64,000 nucleotides of DNA, from positions 105,662-169,661 of the forward strand of contig JBBEAZ010000024.1 of NCBI GenBank assembly GCA_040882565.1, read 5' to 3'. Positions 57,867 to 64,000 of this stretch are shown piece by piece; positions within the stretch are counted from its first letter, which is position 1; the number at the start of each line of letters is the position of its first letter. The notes beneath the pieces are model-generated. The model saw only the letters and a list, made by a program, of their open reading frames with translations, was not told where the DNA came from and ran no database searches. Position numbers and translations under genes: made by a program. This DNA is from Dehalococcoidia bacterium (lineage in GTDB: Bacteria > Chloroflexota > Dehalococcoidia > SM23-28-2 > RBG-16-64-32).

Positions 57867-58402
57867 GACCGCGCTCCCGCCAGCTTCTGCTTTAGCGCCA
57901 TCAGGCGACTGCGCGTGCTGCCATCGATCAACCGGTCGCCGATGCGCACGATCAGGCCGCCGATGATGCTCTCATCGACTTCCGTCTGCACTTCGACCTC
58001 GCCGCCGGTAATCTCGGCCAGCCGCTTCTTCACGGCAGCCAGCTCCGCGTTCGTCAGCGGTACGGCCGTCGTTACCATCGCATGCGAGATGCCCTTTGCC
58101 GCGTCCAGTAGCTCCTGGTACGCCTCGGCGATCTCCGGGCCGAGGGCGGTGCGCCCGCGGCTCATCAGCAGAAGCGCGAGGTTGAGCGTCTCCTTCTGGA
58201 CCCCGGCCAGCGACTTCTCGATCAGCTCACGCTTCGCCTTCGGTGTCACGCGCGAGTTGCCGAGGAACGCCGCCGCCTGTGGGTCGCCGTACAGCGCGGC
58301 CATCGCCCAGAGCCCATCCGCCCACTGCTGTTCCGTCCCGTCTTCCCTGGCAATGAGGTACGCGGCCTCCGCGTAGCGCTTGGCGGCGATGTTCCGGATC
58401 AA
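57863..58402 (-). CDS. atpH: F1 ATP synthase delta (OSCP) subunit
   Basis: 179 aa. AKRYAEAAY ... IIGGLIVRIGDRLIDGS. Confidence 0.85.
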   Translation of the reverse strand: MIRNIAAKRYAEAAYLIAREDGTEQQWADGLWAMAALYGDPQAAAFLGNSRVTPKAKRELIEKSLAGVQKETLNLALLLMSRGRTALGPEIAEAYQELLDAAKGISHAMVTTAVPLTNAELAAVKKRLAEITGGEVEVQTEVDESIIGGLIVRIGDRLIDGSTRSRLMALKQKLAGARS

Positions 58403-58935
58403 TTCGGGGAACGTCCTCCGCCGTCGCCTATTGGCGCGTCTGCGAGCACCTCTTCGATGATCTCGCCGTGCGCCTTGCGGTCGAGGGTGCGCTTGATCAC
58501 GCGTTCCGCCGCCGTCACGGTCAGGTCCGCGAACTCGCGCCGCAGATCGGCGATCGCGCTGTCGCGTTCCAGCTGGATCTCCTGCCGTGCTCGCTCAAGG
58601 ATCTGCTCTTGCTCCGCGCGGGCCGCCGCGCGCCCTTCTTCCTGGATCCGCGACGAAGCCTGCTGCGCCTGCGTGATGATGCCTTGCGCTTCCTGGCGCG
58701 CCCGCGTCATCTCCGCCGCCACTTCTTGCTCCGTTTGGGTGAGCCGCGCCTTCGCCTCATCCGAGGCCTGCAGGCCCTCTTCGATACGCTTCTTGCGTTC
58801 GTCGAGGATCCGCAGGAGCGGCTTGTACAGGAACAGCCGGAAGACGATCAGCAGCAGCGTGAAGTTGATCAGCTGCGCGATCAGAGCCGGCAGGTTCAGG
58901 CCTAGCGCCCCGATGCCGAGGATCACCGGTTCCAT
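58399..58935 (-). CDS. atpF: Fo ATP synthase subunit b
   Basis: N-terminal TM helix, then a long charged helix (LDERKKRIEEGL...). Confidence 0.85.
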   Translation of the reverse strand: MEPVILGIGALGLNLPALIAQLINFTLLLIVFRLFLYKPLLRILDERKKRIEEGLQASDEAKARLTQTEQEVAAEMTRARQEAQGIITQAQQASSRIQEEGRAAARAEQEQILERARQEIQLERDSAIADLRREFADLTVTAAERVIKRTLDRKAHGEIIEEVLADAPIGDGGGRSPN

Positions 58936-59001
58936 ATCACCACGTCCATTTCCGGGTACGGGTCGCGCCCCAGAGGCGCGACTTCAATCCCTGGGGCCAA
59001 C

Positions 59002-59319
59002 CTAAAACACGAAGCCGATCATCACCGCGGTGACCAGCGCGTAAATGCCGATCGCCTCGGCGAAAGCCAGGCCCAAGATCATGTTTGTCTGGATCACCGG
59101 CTGCGCCTCCGGGTTGCGGCCGAGAGCGTCGAGCGCCCGGCCGACAAGGTTACCGATGGCGATGGCAGGGCCGAACGAACCAAGACCCATCGCCAAGCCG
59201 GCGCCCAGGAACTTGATGCCGTCGTCAGTGATCGCGAATGTTGTCTGCCCGCCGCCTTCCTGGGCGACGTTGCGCATCGCCTCCACAGCCGGTGGGATTA
59301 CTGCCAGTAGCAGGTCCAT
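59002..59319 (-). CDS. atpE: Fo ATP synthase subunit c (N-terminally extended)
   Basis: GLGSFGPAIAIGNLVGRALDALGRNPEAQ .. AFAEAIGIYALV. The hairpin has its carboxylate in the second helix. Confidence 0.85.
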   Translation of the reverse strand: MDLLLAVIPPAVEAMRNVAQEGGGQTTFAITDDGIKFLGAGLAMGLGSFGPAIAIGNLVGRALDALGRNPEAQPVIQTNMILGLAFAEAIGIYALVTAVMIGFVF

Positions 59320-59371
59320 TTAGGGGTTCCTCCTTGTGTTTGAACGCCAGTGTCGTTGAATTGCAGTCACG

Positions 59372-60457
59372 CTATGAAACTCCATGTGCAACAGCGCCTT
59401 CGCTCGCGCCCTCTACGTGTTCCTTGTGCTCCTCGTGCCCGTTCCCGTGGTGCGTAACGGCCGAGACGCCGAAGACCAGCGTCAGCATCGCGAATATGAA
59501 CGCCTGGATCACGCCGACGAACAGCTCGAGGCCGTAGAACACCACGGTGATGAGCAAGGGCGTCATGAACGTGAACATGAGGATCACGACCTCGCCGGCA
59601 AACATGTTGCCGAAAAGGCGCGCCGTGAAGCTCAGCAGCCGCACGATCTCCGAGACAAACTCGAGACCGCCGACGAACGCATCGATCATCCCCTCGAGGA
59701 TCATTCCCGGATTCAGCTTGACGATGCCTCGCCCGATTCCTCCCAGCCGGATGAACTTGCTGCCGTACGTGAAGAGGCCAAGCGTGCTGATGCCCCAGGC
59801 CTCCACGAAAATCGCCGAGACGATGGCCAGCGCAAGCGTTGTGTTCAGGTCTGTGTTCGGGCCACGGAAGTACGGGAACAGTTCGCCGACGACCTTACCC
59901 TCGGCTATCGCTTCCTCGTAAAGCTCCTCGTGGTTTGGATCATCGTCCTCGATCGCGTCTCCGCTCAGGGCGCCCGGGCCGGACAGCGGCACGTAGTTCA
60001 CGTCGAACGGGCCGGCGGACCCCTTGTCCAGCACGAACCCGTGCTCTTCCTCGTGCACCTCGCCGATCACGTTGAAGACAGGCAAGAGCGAGAGCCAGTT
60101 GGAGGCCAGGACGAAGAAGAAGATCGTCGCCACCACCGGAAAGAACCGCCGGCCGTTCTTCTCGCCGGCAACGCCGACGACCAGGTTGTAGAAGGCTTCG
60201 ACGATGCCCTCGACCGTGTTCTGGACGCCGCCGGGCACGAGGTCCCAGCGCCGCGTCGTCAGCAGCACCGTGATGATCATCGTCGCCACCACCAGCCACG
60301 ACGTCAGCATCGTGTTCGTGATGTCGACAGGCCCGACGGTCGCAATCGTCTCAGGCTTGATCGAAATGTGAGGGGTCGGCCCGCGGAGGAAGACGAAGCC
60401 AACAAGCGTCACAGCGATCGCCAGGACGGCGAAAATGAGGAGGTTACGCTTGTTCAT
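59372..60457 (-). CDS. atpB: Fo ATP synthase subunit a (enlarged, 361 aa)
   Basis: The C-terminal helices carry the conserved Arg region (LSFTARLFGNMFAGEV). About 90 aa of extra acidic insert lie in the periplasmic loop. Confidence 0.85.
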   Translation of the reverse strand: MNKRNLLIFAVLAIAVTLVGFVFLRGPTPHISIKPETIATVGPVDITNTMLTSWLVVATMIITVLLTTRRWDLVPGGVQNTVEGIVEAFYNLVVGVAGEKNGRRFFPVVATIFFFVLASNWLSLLPVFNVIGEVHEEEHGFVLDKGSAGPFDVNYVPLSGPGALSGDAIEDDDPNHEELYEEAIAEGKVVGELFPYFRGPNTDLNTTLALAIVSAIFVEAWGISTLGLFTYGSKFIRLGGIGRGIVKLNPGMILEGMIDAFVGGLEFVSEIVRLLSFTARLFGNMFAGEVVILMFTFMTPLLITVVFYGLELFVGVIQAFIFAMLTLVFGVSAVTHHGNGHEEHKEHVEGASEGAVAHGVS

Positions 60458-60737
60458 CGGTTCCTGTCGTCTCCGTAGTCACCGCTATTGCCTGCATCAG
60501 CAGCTTGTATCCCCCAAGAAAGGCCGTCGCCAGGCCGATGATGAGACCGGCCATCGTTAGCAACGGGTCGGTGTTTAGCCATCCGTCCGCGAGCACTCCC
60601 AGCACGATACCACCGACTATGCAGAAGGCCAAATACCATCCCAACCCCAACAATCTGACGGCCCGGGGAAGCCGCTGCATCATGCCTTGATCAGGCTCGT
60701 GGGTGTGCGGTTTTTCTCGCATTGAGAAGAATATCAC
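60444..60737 (-). CDS. atpZ: AtpZ/AtpI-family small membrane protein
   Basis: LLGLGWYLAFCIVGGIVLGVLADGWLNTDPLLTMAGLIIGLATAF. It is the first gene of the operon. Confidence 0.6.
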   Translation of the reverse strand: MIFFSMREKPHTHEPDQGMMQRLPRAVRLLGLGWYLAFCIVGGIVLGVLADGWLNTDPLLTMAGLIIGLATAFLGGYKLLMQAIAVTTETTGTDEQA

Positions 60738-60901
60738 AAAGTTTCGCTAGGGCAAACAAAGGCTGCTTTCGCGTTTGAACACTTGAACAACGAAACAACG
60801 CCGCAACCTTTGTTCCCTTGTTCAAACTGTTCAAGTTCGCGCACCCCCGGCCCACAAAAAATCCAGGCCCCCCCGCCTGGATTACCGCCGCCTTACCGCT
60901 C

Positions 60902-61432
60902 CTAGCTCTTCTTCCCGAAGTCCTCCAGGTCCAACCCCTCGATCACGTCGCGGAAAGGACTGAGCTTCTTCAGTTCTTCTTCCGATACTTCTGTCGTTTC
61001 TTCCGTCCCATCGGTGACGCCTTCGAGACCGCCGCCCTCTTCGTCGAGCCGTACGCCCGCCTTCTCCAAGACCGCCTCGTCCGCGAAGATCGGCACCTCT
61101 GCCCGTACCGCCAGCGCGATCGCGTCACTCGGCCGCGAGTCGATGTCCAGCGTGCGCCCGTCGACCTGCACGACGATTCGCGCGAAGAAGGTGTCGTTGG
61201 AGAGATCGCTGACGACGATGTGCTCGATCGTTCCGCCCAGCTGGTCGATGATCCCCCGCAGGAGATCATGGGTGAGCGGCCGGGCGACCTGCACATCCTG
61301 CAGGCGGACCGCGATCGCATCGGCCTCTGCCGGCCCGATCCAGATGGGCAAGTAGCGATCCGAGTCCTTCTCCTTCAAGATGACCACGCGCTGGTAATTC
61401 ATGAGGCTGACGCGGATGCTTTCGATGGTCAT
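60902..61432 (-). CDS. bifunctional nuclease (BFN / DUF151) family protein
   Basis: YLPIWIGPAEADAIAVRL .. ARPLTHDLL is the BFN signature. Start at Met 61432. Confidence 0.75.
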   Translation of the reverse strand: MTIESIRVSLMNYQRVVILKEKDSDRYLPIWIGPAEADAIAVRLQDVQVARPLTHDLLRGIIDQLGGTIEHIVVSDLSNDTFFARIVVQVDGRTLDIDSRPSDAIALAVRAEVPIFADEAVLEKAGVRLDEEGGGLEGVTDGTEETTEVSEEELKKLSPFRDVIEGLDLEDFGKKS

Positions 61433-61498
61433 CTCGACCACTACTGCCACCTCCAATATCTAGGCAATTTCGATACTATCCCCCGTGGTACGTCACAA

Positions 61499-62842
61499 TC
61501 AAGTATGAACGCGCTCGCGTTCTCGTGTCGCGGCCTCGTCCTTGTCCTCCTCAGCCCGTCCCACGGTCTCGCTCAGGAACGCGATCCCCCCTACGATCGC
61601 AGCCAATAGAACCAGCACAATCGTGATGTCCAGCACGTCCGTGATCGCGCCCACGAGGAGCAGCGGGATCAGGGAGATGAAGTTTGCCGACACCACCTGC
61701 GTCGCGAAAATGCGGCCGCGCATCTCCGGCGGCGCTCGTTCGTGGAGCACCGTCTGCGCCGGCGCGTTCAGCAGCGCGTAGAAGAACCCCATCGGCGCAG
61801 CGAACGCCATCACCAGCGCCTGCAAAAGCGAGATTCGCAGGATCTGCGTGGGGTCCAACTCGTCCGGCCCCCTCTCCCAGAGGTTCTCGATCGGTTGCAC
61901 GAGCGCTAGCAAGACCAGGCAGACCGCGATCCCCGTCAGGCCGATGACCACTGTCCGGTTCTTCCCGTAGCGCGTGAACGAGGAAAGGAAGCGCAAACCG
62001 ACCAGCGCGCCGATTCCCGTCGGCGCGAAGACGAACGCCGCGCTGTCCGCCGGCACGTCCAGCACGTCCCGCATGTAGCGCGGGATCAGGATCGCGAACA
62101 GGAGCACCAGCGTGCTACTCAGGATCAGCTGCGAGAGAGCGATCGCCGAGCGGCGGTCCGAGGCCAGCGCCTTCCAGCTCTCCCGGAACTCCGCCTGGAA
62201 GCCGCCGAACATCGCGCCCTGCGGCAGCTCAACCTTCGAGGTGTCCTTCCAGACGTTCACCCGCGCCGCGAAGAACGCGGCGGCCACGAACATGACCGCC
62301 GCCGCCAGGAACATCCCGTCGGCGCCGACTCCCTTCAGTAGAACGGGCGCCACGAAGACGATGCCCAGCAGCTGTGATCCAGTCAGCGTGAAGTTGTAGA
62401 GGCTGTTCGCCTGCACCAGCTTGTCCCGGGAAACGATCGAGGGGATCAGGGAGACGACCGCCGGATTGAAGAACAGGCCTGCCGTCGCCACCGCGATGCT
62501 GATCCCGTAGATGGTCCATTCGTCACTGTGGAAGAAGAAGAACAGCATGCAGCCGCCGGCCCGCAGGAGGTTCGTCACGATCAGCACCGGTTCCTTGTTC
62601 ACCCGGTCCAAAATGACGCCGACGATGAACCCCAGCGGGATCGAAGGCAGGATGAAGCAGAAGACGAGGATACTCGTGTGGATCGATGAGTTCGTGATGT
62701 TGAGCACCACGACCAGCAGGCTGAACAACAGCGCGTTCTGGGCCGTCTGCGCGATGCCCTGGCTCAGCCAGAGGCTGAGGACCCGCCGGTCACCAAGCAG
62801 GGCCCTTGAGCGGACGACCTCGCGGACGTTCGGTTCGTACAA
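61499..62842 (-). CDS. MFS transporter
   Basis: 447 aa with 12-14 TM helices and MFS motif-A-like regions. Confidence 0.85.
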   Translation of the reverse strand: MYEPNVREVVRSRALLGDRRVLSLWLSQGIAQTAQNALLFSLLVVVLNITNSSIHTSILVFCFILPSIPLGFIVGVILDRVNKEPVLIVTNLLRAGGCMLFFFFHSDEWTIYGISIAVATAGLFFNPAVVSLIPSIVSRDKLVQANSLYNFTLTGSQLLGIVFVAPVLLKGVGADGMFLAAAVMFVAAAFFAARVNVWKDTSKVELPQGAMFGGFQAEFRESWKALASDRRSAIALSQLILSSTLVLLFAILIPRYMRDVLDVPADSAAFVFAPTGIGALVGLRFLSSFTRYGKNRTVVIGLTGIAVCLVLLALVQPIENLWERGPDELDPTQILRISLLQALVMAFAAPMGFFYALLNAPAQTVLHERAPPEMRGRIFATQVVSANFISLIPLLLVGAITDVLDITIVLVLLAAIVGGIAFLSETVGRAEEDKDEAATRERERVHT

Positions 62843-62845
62843 CGC

Positions 62846-63061
62846 CTAGCTCTCCGCCTGCACGTCGGCCTCGGGGCCGCGGGTCAGGAACGTCTTCAGG
62901 CGCTTCTCCAAGTCGCTACGCGCCAGCAGTACGCGCCGCTTGCAACTCAGGCAGCGCAGGCCGATGTCGGCTCCCAGGCGCACCACCTCCCAGTCGTAGC
63001 TTCCGCAGGGATGTTTTTTCCGGAGGCGCACCGTGTCGCCCAGGCGGATTTCGAGCACCAT
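62846..63061 (-). CDS. DUF951-like small protein
   Basis: GDTVRLRKKHPCGSYDWEVVRLGADIGLRCLSCKRRVLL. Confidence 0.55.
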   Translation of the reverse strand: MVLEIRLGDTVRLRKKHPCGSYDWEVVRLGADIGLRCLSCKRRVLLARSDLEKRLKTFLTRGPEADVQAES

Positions 63062-63065
63062 GCGG

Positions 63066-63875
63066 CTACCGCCCGGCGAGGAGCGCCTCGCGCATCGTGT
63101 TGATGCGGGTCCGCAGCCCCTGCGCAGCCCGTCGCGCGTTGCCGGCGTAGTCCCCGGCCCGCGACGCGTACACGACCGCCCGCGACGCAGCGATCAGAAA
63201 TCCCTCGCCGCGCGCATCCGCGGCCGCTTGCACAGCTGCCTCTAGCTCCCCCTCTTGCGCGCCGACTCCCGGCACCAGGATCAACTGGTCGGGGCAGATC
63301 TCCCGGACCCGCTCGATTTGCTCCGGCCACGTCGCCCCGGCCACGAGTCCGACGTTCCCATGTTCGTTCCAGGCCCGCGCGCTCTCGGCTACCTTCTCGT
63401 AGAGCATGCCGCCCTCGGCCGTCCGCACGTCCTGCACGTCGGCGGCGCCCGGGTTCGAGCTCCGGCACCAGATCAACACGCCGCGCTCGGCGTAGTCGGC
63501 GAAGGGTTGCACAGCATCCCGGCCTCCGTACCCATTGACCGTAGCCGCGTCGAAGTCATACACATCGAACAGCGCTTTTGCATAGAAGCGCGCGGTGTTC
63601 CCGATGTCCCCACGCTTGGCATCGGCGATGACAGGAATGCTGGCTGGGACGGCGCGCAGCGACTCCATCAGCGTTTGCATTCCCCCGGGGCCCAGCGCCT
63701 CGAAGAACGCCAGGTTCGGCTTGTAGGCGCACACGAGGTCCTTCGTCGCCTCAATGATCTCGGTCAGGAAGAACGCGACGTCTGGATGGGGCATTAACTC
63801 CGGGTCGGGGTCGAGGCCCACGCACAGGAAGGTGTGGTTCTTGTCCTGGGCCGCCCGGAGCTTTTCAACGAACAT
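63066..63875 (-). CDS. pyrF: orotidine 5'-phosphate decarboxylase (type 2 PyrF)
   Basis: HTFLCVGLDPDPELMP. 269 aa, typical of long-form ODCase. Confidence 0.85.
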   Translation of the reverse strand: MFVEKLRAAQDKNHTFLCVGLDPDPELMPHPDVAFFLTEIIEATKDLVCAYKPNLAFFEALGPGGMQTLMESLRAVPASIPVIADAKRGDIGNTARFYAKALFDVYDFDAATVNGYGGRDAVQPFADYAERGVLIWCRSSNPGAADVQDVRTAEGGMLYEKVAESARAWNEHGNVGLVAGATWPEQIERVREICPDQLILVPGVGAQEGELEAAVQAAADARGEGFLIAASRAVVYASRAGDYAGNARRAAQGLRTRINTMREALLAGR

Positions 63876-64000
63876 GCGCGAGCCTGCTCCTTCGTCTTAC
63901 TTCTGGGAGGCCGCTCTGGGGCGTTGTATTGTCCCGCTTCCCGTCCTATGGATCCGCCGGATGATGTCCAATGGCTTAGCGGCATAATATAGACCAGCAT

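Overview
This 64-kb window comes from a high-GC bacterial chromosome (about 65-70 % GC in the housekeeping genes). F420-type oxidoreductases, dockerin-like modules and four-helix-bundle proteins suggest Chloroflexota/Thermomicrobia or a related lineage, but that is inference only. 

The conserved backbone includes:
- ribD (561-1673, minus);
- a tauD / luciferase-like monooxygenase / O-methyltransferase operon (10.3-13.4 kb, minus);
- a 1025-aa PAS-GGDEF-EAL signalling protein;
- a Baeyer-Villiger monooxygenase;
- a copper-homeostasis cluster with CopC and a CopC-CopD-cytochrome c fusion (23.6-30 kb);
- a thiolase;
- rex;
- a secreted protease/dockerin locus (45.5-49.9 kb);
- mreB-murA and a complete F1Fo ATP synthase operon (atpZ-B-E-F-H-A-G-D-C, 52.5-60.7 kb, minus);
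- pyrF.

Several regions look accessory or unusual:
1. A low-GC islet (about 2.33-6.45 kb) carries a translationally coupled pair: a zinc-ribbon/coiled-coil DUF2130-like protein and a ParB/Srx-domain protein. It ends at a pseudo-tRNA-Arg 3' fragment. I consider this the best candidate for an undescribed defence or addiction module.
2. A pair of imperfect ~145-bp direct repeats (5055-5225 and 18186-18330) flanks a 13-kb block. Copy B abuts a degraded integration junction with an integrase N-terminal fragment, a second pseudo-tRNA-Arg and two gene fragments.
3. An array of five full plus one partial ~95-bp direct repeats (39.8-42.9 kb) is interleaved with small membrane/secreted ORFs and a barstar-like immunity gene, next to a wHTH-AAA+ ATPase.
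4. The ATP synthase operon has two embedded non-ATPase genes: a four-helix-bundle (23S-rRNA-intervening-sequence-type) protein flanked by inverted/tandem repeats between atpD and atpG, and a DinB-like protein between atpA and atpH. Its atpB is also oversized.

Many long antisense 'shadow' ORFs in the six-frame track were ignored as GC-content artefacts. All family assignments are from reading motifs by eye. No database searches were run.
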